A DNA stretch of 64,000 bases, from NCBI GenBank assembly GCA_963733195.1, contig CAVTCR010000059.1:32001-96000 (forward strand), given 5' to 3'. Numbering within the stretch: position 1 is the stretch's first letter; every line of letters begins with the position of its first letter. The stretch is from an uncultured delta proteobacterium (GTDB lineage Bacteria; Desulfobacterota; Binatia; Bin18). A program made the translations under genes and the position numbers. A model generated the notes under the pieces. That model searched no databases and was not told where the DNA came from. It saw nothing but the letters and a program-made list of their open reading frames with translations. This document shows positions 40,253-49,965 of this stretch, in pieces.

Positions 40253-41677
40253 ATGGAAGCGCTAGCGATGAGCGACGATCAGCAAGCCCTGAGGCAGCAT
40301 TACGACGTGCTGGTGGCAGGAGGTGGAAACGCTGCGTTGTGTGCGGCGATTACTGCTGCCAGAGCCGGAGCGTCGGTCCTCATTGTTGAAGCAGCACCAA
40401 AGACGATGCGAGGTGGCAACAGTCGACACACTCGGAATATGCGGGTAGCCCACGATACCGGAAACGGTATACTCACTGGTCCGTATCCGGTCGATGAGTA
40501 TTGGCATGACTTATTGCGTGTCACCGGCGGCCAGACTGACGAGCACCTCGCGCGTTTGACACTTGATCGCTCCAAGGAGCTATGGGACTGGCACCAACAA
40601 CAGGGAGTGCGGTTTCAACCATCACTTAGCGGAACTTTGAGTCTTGGTCGTACTAACGCCTTCTTTCTTGGCGGTGGTAAAGCCCTGCTCAATGCACTTT
40701 ACCGCACTGCTGTAGCGCTTGGCGTGCGTGTTGTCTACGAAGCGAAGGTCGTCGATCTTGCAATTACGGATGGTGCTTTTCGTTCAGCGACCATACAGAA
40801 GGAGAATGCGAGTTACCAGGTCACAGCTAACTGCTTTGTGGCTGCAGCCGGTGGTTTTGAAGCGAATATCGAATGGTTGACCGAGTATTGGGGTGAGGCA
40901 GCCAACAACTTCCTCATCCGTGGTACGCCTCATAATCGTGGTGAGGTGCTCCGGCTCTTGTTGAACTATAATGCGCAAGCTGTTGGTGATCCTAAGCAAT
41001 GTCATGCCGTTGCCATCGACGGTCGCGCGCCGAAGTTCGATGGTGGCATTGTCACGCGGCTTGACTGTGTGCCGTTTGGTATTGTGGTGAACAAACATGG
41101 CGAACGTTTCTATGATGAAGGCGAAGACTTCTGGCCCAAGCGGTATGCGATCTGGGGACGGCTGGTAGCCATGCAACCTGATCAGATCGCGTTCGCATTG
41201 ATTGATGCCACATCGATCGATCTCTTTATGCCCTCTGTGTATCCACCAGAACAATCGGATACGCTCGAAGGATTGGCGGAAAAGTTATCTCTTGATCCCG
41301 CGCGGTTGCGGGCAACGGTGAAGACATTCAACGCTGCCTGTCGTCCAGGAACGTTCGATCACACCATTCACGACGATTGCTATACTGAGGGAGTCACACC
41401 GCCAAAATCGCATTGGGCGCGCCCTCTCGCAACGTCGCCGTTCTATGGGTATCCGCTGCGGCCAGGAATCACGTTCACGTACCTTGGCGTTAAGGTTGAT
41501 GCTAGCGCTCGCATCGTCATGACCGGTGGTAATGCATCACCTAATATGTTCGCTGCCGGTGAGATCATGGCTGGCAATCTACTCGGTAAAGGGTATCTGG
41601 CTGGTATTGGCATGACGATCGGCAGTGTCTTTGGCCGGATTGCAGGGCAGGAGGCTGTGCGACATGCACGCCACTAG
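40253..41677 (+). CDS. tcuA: FAD-dependent tricarballylate dehydrogenase
   Basis: GGGNAALCAA, RGGNSRHTRN, RTNAFFLGGGKAL, DFWPKRYAIWG, GEIMAGN. Confidence 0.93.
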   Translation: MEALAMSDDQQALRQHYDVLVAGGGNAALCAAITAARAGASVLIVEAAPKTMRGGNSRHTRNMRVAHDTGNGILTGPYPVDEYWHDLLRVTGGQTDEHLARLTLDRSKELWDWHQQQGVRFQPSLSGTLSLGRTNAFFLGGGKALLNALYRTAVALGVRVVYEAKVVDLAITDGAFRSATIQKENASYQVTANCFVAAAGGFEANIEWLTEYWGEAANNFLIRGTPHNRGEVLRLLLNYNAQAVGDPKQCHAVAIDGRAPKFDGGIVTRLDCVPFGIVVNKHGERFYDEGEDFWPKRYAIWGRLVAMQPDQIAFALIDATSIDLFMPSVYPPEQSDTLEGLAEKLSLDPARLRATVKTFNAACRPGTFDHTIHDDCYTEGVTPPKSHWARPLATSPFYGYPLRPGITFTYLGVKVDASARIVMTGGNASPNMFAAGEIMAGNLLGKGYLAGIGMTIGSVFGRIAGQEAVRHARH

Positions 41678-42773
41678 CATGCACGCCGAAGCCAATCGGC
41701 AAATGACGATCTGCAACGCCTGCCGTTACTGCGAAGGTCTGTGTGCAGTGTTCCCAGCAATGGAACAGAGGCGCACCTTTAGTGATGGCAGCCTCGAATA
41801 CCTCGCCAATCTGTGCCACAGTTGCGGCGCGTGTTACTACGCCTGCCAGTATGCACCACCGCACGAATTCGCTGTGAACGTGCCGAAGATTTTTGCTGAG
41901 CTGAGATCAGAATCGTATGCACGTTCAGCCTGGCCGCAGGCGTTAGCGCCACTGTTTCGGAGGAATGGCCTTGTCCTCACGCTAGCAGCCGCCATCGCCG
42001 TTGCGCTTTTCATTGGCGGGTTTGTTGCTGTCCATGACGCCGAGGCTCTGTTTGCCGTGCATACGGGACCAGGGGCATTTTATCGCCTCATGCCGCACGA
42101 CACGATGGTGGCGCTCTTCGGCGGTGTCTTCATATTTGCAGTGGTAGCCATCGCACTGAGTGTGCGTGCGTTTTGGCGGGTGACCGGTGGTGGAATGGTG
42201 ACAATGTCAGATGTGTTGACTGCGGGACGTTCGGCTGTCACGCTGCGATACCTCGATGGGGGTGGCAACGGGTGCATGAATCATGACGAGCAACCCAATG
42301 ACCATCGCCGGTTCTATCATCACTTCACGTTTTATGGCTTCTTGCTATGTTTTGCTTCGACCTCGTTAGCGACGCTTTTACATAACGGTCTCGGCTGGCA
42401 AGCGCCGTATGCATGGTACAATCCCGTTGTACTTCTTGGTGTTCTTGGAGGGATTGGTTTACTGATTGGGCCAGTGGGACTCCTCCACGCGAAGCACATG
42501 CGTGATTCCAGCGTCGTTGATACACGTGCTCATGGTATGGAGGTCGGATTTCTCGTTATGCTGTTCCTCACAAGTGCCTCGGGTTTACTGCTGTTGGTGT
42601 TGCGTGCCACCCCAGCGATGGGGGTTCTCTTGGCGTTTCATCTCGGCGTCGTCTTCGCTTTGTTTTTGACGTTTCCGTATGGAAAATTCGTTCACGGTAT
42701 CTATCGATACGCGGCTCTTATCCGCTTTGCTCGCGAGAACAAACTCCCTATCTCCGGATCTTCAGACGGGTGA
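41664..42773 (+). CDS. tcuB: Tricarballylate utilization 4Fe-4S membrane protein
   Basis: CNACRYCEGLC, LANLCHSCGACYYACQYAPPHEF, PYGKFVH. Confidence 0.93.
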   Translation: MHATSMHAEANRQMTICNACRYCEGLCAVFPAMEQRRTFSDGSLEYLANLCHSCGACYYACQYAPPHEFAVNVPKIFAELRSESYARSAWPQALAPLFRRNGLVLTLAAAIAVALFIGGFVAVHDAEALFAVHTGPGAFYRLMPHDTMVALFGGVFIFAVVAIALSVRAFWRVTGGGMVTMSDVLTAGRSAVTLRYLDGGGNGCMNHDEQPNDHRRFYHHFTFYGFLLCFASTSLATLLHNGLGWQAPYAWYNPVVLLGVLGGIGLLIGPVGLLHAKHMRDSSVVDTRAHGMEVGFLVMLFLTSASGLLLLVLRATPAMGVLLAFHLGVVFALFLTFPYGKFVHGIYRYAALIRFARENKLPISGSSDG

Positions 42774-42885
42774 CGACTGTATCGTCAGAAGCAAGAGCGA
42801 TGCATTTTCAGGAATGTCCAAAGAGGACTTCCCCAAGCCGCAATCATCCGCTAAACCGGACTTCAAGAGATCGGTGTGCCAGAGT

Positions 42886-43052
42886 TGTCACCCTGAACGA
42901 AGTGAAGGGTCTCTCAGAGAGACCTGTCCTGCCTGCGCCAGTGCCGCAGGCACAGGTGAGCCTGTCGAAGGATTCTTCGTGAAGCCTGTCCTGTGGCCAG
43001 GCGCAGGCACAGGTGAGCGTAACGAAGTGGAGTCGAAGGGCTCAGAATGACA
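42886..43052. repeat. Nested composite palindromic repeat
   Basis: Outer TGTCACCCTGAACGAAGTGAAGGGTCT...GATTCTTCG...CTCAGAATGACA containing two CCTGTCCTG...GCAGGCACAGGTGAGC...GTCGAAGG units. Confidence 0.7.
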
Positions 43053-43122
43053 TGGCCGAGTGGTCGCATCAGAAAGTGTACGAATGTCATGCATTCTGGT
43101 TTCGTGATCAACCAGTTGTTGG

Positions 43123-44961
43123 GTGCGGCTGCGTATGAATCGGCTTGCTGTTTGTTGTATTCTCCTTCTCGTTTGTCCCCATTGTTTGTGGGCTGTTCAG
43201 CTTGATGACCTTAATCCAGAAAAGAACTGGCGACTACAGCACCTGACGATCACTGGTAATGTCCACATCCCTACAAGTCAACTTCGCCAACAGATGTTGA
43301 GTAAAACACGGTCGTGGACTACGCCATGGAAGGCATTCCCTCGCTTTGATCCAGTGACTTTTGCGGCTGACATGACGCGCCTCAAGCGCTTCTATGAAAT
43401 GCAGGGTTACTATGAGGCTGTAGTGTCATACGATCTCTCGATAGATGAGCCGCGCAAAGGTATTACAGCGCAGGTGACGATTGATGAAGGCCAACCGGTT
43501 TACGTGCGTGAACTGTCTCTCTCCCTTCAGGACCAGCCTGCTCTGAGCTCTCTGCTTGAAACCGTACGTCCGTCGTTAGCCTTACAAGAAGGGGCAATAT
43601 TCAACGAGGAGCATTATCAGCAGAGTGAAGCCACTATCAGAACATTCTTCCTCGACCAGCATTATGGTCGGGTAAAGATCCAGCGATCAGCGCACGTTAT
43701 TCATGATCAACATGCGGCTCGCGTGCAGTACATGATTGAAGCTGGGCCACCGACAACCTTTGGTGAGACAACCGTTGAGGGAACTCGCCTTGTTGATCCA
43801 AACATCATCCTACGTGAACTCCGTTACAAGGCAGGCGACCCGTTTACCACCAAGGCGATCACGGATGCTCAGAAACGTATCACAAAACTTGACCTCTTTA
43901 GTTCAGTGCGATTTGTACCACAGGAATCGCCGGCGAATCCGAGCATTATCCCGTTACAGGTGCGCGTCATCGAGAAACCGTTTCGTGAATGGAAACTGGG
44001 CGTTGGCTATGGAACCGAAGATCAGGTACGAGGGTTAGTATATTGGCGTCATAACAATTGGTTTGGTGGGGGTCGACGGTTCGAGATAAAAGCAAAAGTA
44101 TCAATACTGACACGAGAGATCGAGGTCAATTTTTTTCAACCCTATGTCTTTGGAACATTGAATCGCTTTTCCTTAACCTTTCGCCCTCAACAACTCAACG
44201 AACCGAGTTATCTCCTCAATTCAACTCGCCTCCAACCCCGCCTCGAACGCGACTTTGGCACTACGGTGACTGGCTTTGTTGCGTATCGGTTGGAGTATGA
44301 TCGATTGAACGACGTAAAGGAAGCGACGAAAAGAGAACTGCGGGAGTTCGTGCGGAAGGGCGTGCTTTCGGGTCTCTCGATTGGCGGTGTCTGGAATACG
44401 ACTGACAATCCACTGGATGCAACCCAGGGAAGTTTTTTCTCGATGCTGGCTGAGCAAGTCGGTGGTCCGTTGGGCGGAGATTTTAACTTCCTGAAGCTGG
44501 TATGGGAAGCTCGGCATTACCGCAAGATATACACAGATACGATACTCGCTGGTCGTCTTAAGCTTGGCGTTGCCGATCCGGTTAGTCATCACGATGAGGT
44601 ACCGCTGTTTGAACGATTTTATGCTGGTGGCGCGAACAGTGTTCGTGGCTATGGACGCTATCGGCTTGGACCGATATCAACCTCCAATGATCCAGTGGGT
44701 GGTCGCAGTGTAATCGAAGGGTCGCTTGAATTGCGCTACCGGTATTCTGACCAGATAGGCACTGCCGCCTTTATCGACTTTGGTCAAGTGTCGAAGCGCA
44801 CTCTTTCAATCCCGATCGATGATCTACGTTTTTCCTTAGGCTTTGGTGTACTATACACGACACCCATCGGGCCTCTCCGACTTGACCTCGGCTTTCCTCT
44901 TGATCCACCACGTGACGATCAACCATGGCAAATTCACTTTAGTATCGGGCAGTTTTTTTAG
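43123..44961 (+). CDS. Omp85-family outer membrane protein (TamA/BamA-like, three POTRA domains)
   Basis: Signal peptide, POTRA repeats, FYAGGANSVRGY, TPIGPLRLD, terminal GQFF. Confidence 0.9.
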   Translation: MRLRMNRLAVCCILLLVCPHCLWAVQLDDLNPEKNWRLQHLTITGNVHIPTSQLRQQMLSKTRSWTTPWKAFPRFDPVTFAADMTRLKRFYEMQGYYEAVVSYDLSIDEPRKGITAQVTIDEGQPVYVRELSLSLQDQPALSSLLETVRPSLALQEGAIFNEEHYQQSEATIRTFFLDQHYGRVKIQRSAHVIHDQHAARVQYMIEAGPPTTFGETTVEGTRLVDPNIILRELRYKAGDPFTTKAITDAQKRITKLDLFSSVRFVPQESPANPSIIPLQVRVIEKPFREWKLGVGYGTEDQVRGLVYWRHNNWFGGGRRFEIKAKVSILTREIEVNFFQPYVFGTLNRFSLTFRPQQLNEPSYLLNSTRLQPRLERDFGTTVTGFVAYRLEYDRLNDVKEATKRELREFVRKGVLSGLSIGGVWNTTDNPLDATQGSFFSMLAEQVGGPLGGDFNFLKLVWEARHYRKIYTDTILAGRLKLGVADPVSHHDEVPLFERFYAGGANSVRGYGRYRLGPISTSNDPVGGRSVIEGSLELRYRYSDQIGTAAFIDFGQVSKRTLSIPIDDLRFSLGFGVLYTTPIGPLRLDLGFPLDPPRDDQPWQIHFSIGQFF

Positions 44962-44990
44962 CATCGTGAGTAACAAGAAAGAAAAACACA

Positions 44991-47900
44991 ATGAGTGATG
45001 CTTCTCAACGACAAAACTACGGTCGGTTCGTTCGGTTCTTCAGGTGGACGGTCATCTTTGTTCTCGTGGGAATCATCACACTCGGTATCGGGCTCGGGAT
45101 GTACACGCAGACGGATCAGTTTCGCGTCTGGTTACGTGATCGAATAATTGTTGCGCTGCGCGAGACTGTGCACGGAGAGATTGAAATTGGACAAGTCAGT
45201 GGCTTCGTATGGAATGGATTGGTGTTTCACAACCTGTCGATCCGAGATGCGACTGGGGAGGTGTTACAGATTCCACAGGCGACAGTCGCTTTCAAACTCC
45301 TGTCGCAGATACGTCTGGTGCTAGAGTCATCGACCTTTCGTGTTGATGAAGTCACGATCCAATCCCCGACGCTACACGTCACAGAAAAACCAGAGGGAGT
45401 GTGGAACGTCAGTCAGTTGTTCATGTCCTCAACCGAGACTGTAGAGCCACCCAAGTTTCAGTTCTTCATCGACCGAATACATATCGATAATGGTTCTGTC
45501 CTCGTTGAATCTTATGACCGAAAGACGATCCACATAAATGGGATAACGACCGAGGGACGATTGGCGCAGACGTTGGATGCTCTGGAAGTTGACGTCAATC
45601 CCGTGTCCTTTCATGTAGAGTATCCTGCTTTCCCCTCGATGACGTGGACAGGCGGCGTAACCTATACACATACTGATTCAACCTCTGCTTTTGCTTTGCA
45701 GGAGGTAACACTGCGCACGGCTGACTCGCAGCTTCAGGTATCAGGTACAGTAGAGAATCTTGCCGCTCCGCTCTTTGATCTCACCGCTGAGGTATCCCGA
45801 GTGTCAGCATCAGAACTACGAGCGTTGCTTCCCGCAAGTCTGCTTCAGCAAGATCTCTCTGGTCGTGTTCGGCTTAATGGGTCCCTACAAAACCTAACGG
45901 CAAAAACAGACCTCCAAGCGCCAGATGGCAAAGCAACTGCGATAGTCAAAGTTGACCTACAGAAATCTCCTCCACACTACGAAGCTGCAGTCGATCTCGA
46001 CCACGTCACTATTGATAAAGTAGTGCAAGTTACGGACGTACAAGGCGAGGTTTCTGGACACATTGATTTCACCGGAACAGATCTAGATTCTGGTAAAGTC
46101 TCATTTGCTTTGCGTCCAACGAAACTTGTTGTGGTCAATCGCGCTGTAGGAGACGGCGAACTCGCAGGTTCGATCGTCAATAGACGGATTATCTCGAGCG
46201 GGAAAACGCATGGACAGATTGGCCACATACAGTGGAACGGTTGGTTTGAGCTTGGGTCTCCGCTTTCTTACGAAGGGACCGTAGAGGTGCGCGATTGCGC
46301 AGTCGTCAATGTAACCAAACAACCCCTGGCGATAGGTGAGACAACGATCAACGCAGACGCATGGGTTTCTGGTCGTGGGACAACGTTGCAAGATCTGGTA
46401 GGCAATGCACGTATCACGCTACTACCTTCCCGCGTGGGTAGCGTTAGCAACGTGTACGGGAGTGCGGTGGGATCGTTCCAGCAGCAACAGTTGACGCTTG
46501 AGCACTTGTCGTTGGTGGCGGATGATACGACTGTACATGTACAGGGGCAGGTCGAAGATCTATCGAGTCAGTCGCCGCGCGTAACCATCAAGTATAATGC
46601 GCAAACTCAAGATGTTACCCCGTGGCTCAAGCAGGTCGGTTATCAAGGGCAAGGAGCGATCAGTCTTACTGGTACCGCAACTGGCCCCCTAAATAAACTC
46701 GCTGTGACCGGAACGGCTAGTGGAAACGCCCTTCGCTGGCAGCAAACCACAATACAAAACGGAACGGCAACGTACCGTCTTCATGCCGTTGGTCAGGCTG
46801 ATGCGCACGGTGAAGTGACAGCGTCAGTACAACAGCTTGAAGCTGGAGAAACCTGGCGTAATGCGGCGGTCGAGGTTGCAATCATGCGTGTGCAACCACT
46901 AGAAGTACAAACCACAATTCGTGCCGAGGGTACACAGGTCAAGAGCCTTCGGACACAGGTGCATGTCCAACAAAAACCAACCCAATGGGACGTAGGGGTA
47001 CAAGGCCTGACGTTGCAACTTTCCAATGGCGTCTGGACACAACCTCAACCAGCTTTGTTGACCGTACGCGTAGCACAGGGTGCCCAAGTTGCGGTTGATC
47101 AGTTCACTCTCCAACGAGGTGCTCATGCAATCTCCGTTTCCGGTACGCTGGAAGAACAGGGTTCACAGAATATCCAAATGCAAGTTACGCAGTTACCGTT
47201 TGCAGACCTCCGCCCCTTCATTCCCTCTCTCCCTCAGGTTAACGGTAACGTAAATGCCAGCCTTCATGTTACAGGAACACTGACGAGCCCAGAGGCCACC
47301 GCCAACATCACAACGAGTCCGATTACTGTCTATGATCAGTCGTATGCCGGACTGACCAGTCACGCGACCTATCAAGATGAAAAACTCACTCTCAATGCAA
47401 TCTTTCGCCAAGACTCGACGCATGCGTTGACCCTAGAGGGAATGCTACCTGTCTCATTACAGTTGCGCGGCGAGTCTCCGGTCTCGCGCATGGGTGATGC
47501 AGATCTTCGACTTCATTCAGAAGGCGTGAGCATTGAGGTACTCAGACTTGCCACGGGTGATGAGGTGCAAGATCTGGAGGGGATCGCGCGCATAGACCTT
47601 TCTCTTCGGGGCCCGTTGTCAGCGTTACGTCCCTCAGGAGTGGTACAACTCCGTGGGGGGAAGGCGCGACTTGCCACGCTTGATGTCTCTCTGAAAGAGG
47701 CTGAGGCAGAGGTGGATATCACTCCGGAGTTTCTTGACCTTCGCCAATTCACTCTATCTGCGGGACAAGGAAAAGTAACCGGGAACGGACGGATCGCTTT
47801 GCAACAATACACGCCTGGTGATGTCGCACTTACCTTTGTTGCTAAAGAATTCCCAGTGGTCAATAAGCGCCGTTATAAAGCAGCCGTGTCTGGTCAAATT

Positions 47901-48845
47901 ACCTGCTCAGGCTCGCTCGAGGCTCCTGTCGTACAGGGCTCGCTGAAACTTGAAGACACGACGCTGCGTCCAGCTCTGTCACTTCTGAAAAGTGGTTTGC
48001 CACCACGTGATCCGACGATTACTGTCGTGCAGACTGAGCAAGACTTGACTGTAACATCCTCATCTGAGTCATTATCCGAGAAGTTGAAGAGCGAGCTGGC
48101 ACTCCCACCGACTCCTGGACTGTTACAACGACTGGCAGCGGATATCACTGTCAGGATTCCACGCGATACCTGGGTCCATATGGATGAAGGATCAATCGAA
48201 CTCACCGGAGAACTTCGAGTGACGAAAAAGATTTATGAAGAGCCAACCTTAAGCGGTGCACTTGAGACAGTCCGCGGATGGTATGCCTTTCATGGCCGCA
48301 AGTTCCAGATCGAGCAAGGCCGGATTACGTTTTCGGGTAATCTCCCCATCGATCCGAGCCTGGATGTCGTTGCGCGTTATACTGTTGCGCCTTACGATGT
48401 CGATGTCGTGTTGGGGGGTACCGCACGCACCCCAACCTTAGAGCTGCGCAGCAATCCCATGCTAGAAGAGGCAGATATTCTGTCAGTACTGATCTTTGGT
48501 AAACCGGCGAGTGGCCTCAGCGATAGTGAGCAAGCATCTCTCCAGGGACAAGCGATCCAAGCAACAGCTGGTTATGTGGCTTCTGGATTACGTCGATCGA
48601 TTGCCAATAAACTGGGGGTCGATAACCTTGAGTTCGATATGGGGCAAAGCATTGGGCAAGGAGAGGTGAGTGTAGGGAAGTATGTCCTCAAGGATGTCTA
48701 TGTAACGACCTCACAACACCTCGGCGAAGAACATGAACAAGAAGTATCCCTTGAGTATCAAATCAACCGCCAGTGGCAGGTGAAAGGAACAACCACCTCG
48801 CACGGAACGAGTGGCGTCGATATATTCTGGCAGAAGCGGTACTGA
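44991..48845 (+). CDS. tamB: Translocation/assembly module TamB (DUF490)
   Basis: N-terminal TM anchor, long beta-rich body, DPSLDV, ILSVLIFGK, VGKY; directly after the Omp85 gene. Confidence 0.88.
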   Translation: MSDASQRQNYGRFVRFFRWTVIFVLVGIITLGIGLGMYTQTDQFRVWLRDRIIVALRETVHGEIEIGQVSGFVWNGLVFHNLSIRDATGEVLQIPQATVAFKLLSQIRLVLESSTFRVDEVTIQSPTLHVTEKPEGVWNVSQLFMSSTETVEPPKFQFFIDRIHIDNGSVLVESYDRKTIHINGITTEGRLAQTLDALEVDVNPVSFHVEYPAFPSMTWTGGVTYTHTDSTSAFALQEVTLRTADSQLQVSGTVENLAAPLFDLTAEVSRVSASELRALLPASLLQQDLSGRVRLNGSLQNLTAKTDLQAPDGKATAIVKVDLQKSPPHYEAAVDLDHVTIDKVVQVTDVQGEVSGHIDFTGTDLDSGKVSFALRPTKLVVVNRAVGDGELAGSIVNRRIISSGKTHGQIGHIQWNGWFELGSPLSYEGTVEVRDCAVVNVTKQPLAIGETTINADAWVSGRGTTLQDLVGNARITLLPSRVGSVSNVYGSAVGSFQQQQLTLEHLSLVADDTTVHVQGQVEDLSSQSPRVTIKYNAQTQDVTPWLKQVGYQGQGAISLTGTATGPLNKLAVTGTASGNALRWQQTTIQNGTATYRLHAVGQADAHGEVTASVQQLEAGETWRNAAVEVAIMRVQPLEVQTTIRAEGTQVKSLRTQVHVQQKPTQWDVGVQGLTLQLSNGVWTQPQPALLTVRVAQGAQVAVDQFTLQRGAHAISVSGTLEEQGSQNIQMQVTQLPFADLRPFIPSLPQVNGNVNASLHVTGTLTSPEATANITTSPITVYDQSYAGLTSHATYQDEKLTLNAIFRQDSTHALTLEGMLPVSLQLRGESPVSRMGDADLRLHSEGVSIEVLRLATGDEVQDLEGIARIDLSLRGPLSALRPSGVVQLRGGKARLATLDVSLKEAEAEVDITPEFLDLRQFTLSAGQGKVTGNGRIALQQYTPGDVALTFVAKEFPVVNKRRYKAAVSGQITCSGSLEAPVVQGSLKLEDTTLRPALSLLKSGLPPRDPTITVVQTEQDLTVTSSSESLSEKLKSELALPPTPGLLQRLAADITVRIPRDTWVHMDEGSIELTGELRVTKKIYEEPTLSGALETVRGWYAFHGRKFQIEQGRITFSGNLPIDPSLDVVARYTVAPYDVDVVLGGTARTPTLELRSNPMLEEADILSVLIFGKPASGLSDSEQASLQGQAIQATAGYVASGLRRSIANKLGVDNLEFDMGQSIGQGEVSVGKYVLKDVYVTTSQHLGEEHEQEVSLEYQINRQWQVKGTTTSHGTSGVDIFWQKRY

Positions 48846-48942
48846 TGTTTCATTGTTCCGCTTTTCGTAATGACGGAGAGGGAAGTCATTGCGAGTTGTC
48901 CATAGTGCGGGCGCTAAGCGTGGAGGGAGAAACTGGATGCTC

Positions 48943-49045
48943 CTGGATTCCGGGTCGCGGCCTGCGGCCTTGCCCGGAATGACGGGCTAGTTGTTTTCGT
49001 CATTCCAGCTTCGGCAAGCTCAGGATAAATCCAGCTGGAATCCAG
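48943..49045. repeat. Palindromic repeat cluster of the CTGGATTCC..GGAATGAC / GTCATTCC..GGAATCCAG family
   Basis: Inverted pair between convergent genes, with an internal GCTTCGGCAAGCTCAG piece. Confidence 0.68.
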
Positions 49046-49165
49046 GGGGCAGTGGGCGGAGCATTTTGTTTCTGAGCAGCGCAGCGAAGCAATCTCGTTT
49101 CTTTTTCGCGTGAATGACATCCTACTATTCAGTTCATCGTTCTCCTTGCGGTGAACAACTGAGGT

Positions 49166-49931
49166 TCAGACCCTCGCCAGAAACGCTTCCACCAGTTGCA
49201 TATATTCCGCCTGGTTACGATAGAAAATATCGTTGTGTCCACCGTGATCAAAAATCTTGAGCTGCTTCGGTTCCGCGCGCGACGGCATACAACATCTCCG
49301 CATGGCGAGCAGGAAGTAACTCATCGTGACGTGCATGCAGAATCAACGTTTGCCCATGAAAACTGCCGAGCTTCTGGGCGTAATCGAAATGCTTGCGCAA
49401 CTCTTCCATCACGTCTGACTTTAGGCAGACTCTAGCTCCTCAGGCGCAACGCGTTGGAAGAATCGTTCAGTAAGATCGGCAACGCCGCTCTCGATAATCA
49501 AACCACCAAGCTGCGGTCGCTGGGACACACCGTGCAAGGCATACAGCGACCCAATCGAGCGACCAAAGAGAACAATCTTGTGATCAGGAATCTTCAAGCT
49601 CTGGATGATCGGAACAACATCTTCCAGCATAGCCTGCAAGAGCAGGAGTACCGCTCGACATGCCATAGCCACGGTATTCAGCGAGCAACACGTTACATCC
49701 GGCTCGAGTGATCCATTCGGGAAAGCTCGGCAAATAGTCAGCCACGACTTCGCCGTTGCCGTGAAAATACACGACCGTCTTCGCATCTGGATGAACGGCT
49801 TGGTAGTGGCATGCCAACCGACTACCATCCGCAGCTTCGACCCAATATGGATCGGGAAGAAACTCACGGCGCGGGAAAAAATAGCGACTGGAAACGATTG
49901 GGTGATCGAGAATCGGAGAAGTGTTGGGCAT
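49166..49931 (-). CDS. Alpha/beta hydrolase (ABHD17/BEM46-like), frameshifted
   Basis: YFHGNGE, EYRGYGMSSG, nucleophile GRSIG, IIESG, C-terminal GHNDIF. Confidence 0.82.
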
Positions 49932-49965
49932 AACAATTCCTTCTGACTTGTTTGGACGCTAGACT

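Noticed and set aside
42679-43111. Short ORFs between tcuB and the Omp85 gene
   Set aside because: They are translations of the nested palindromic repeats.
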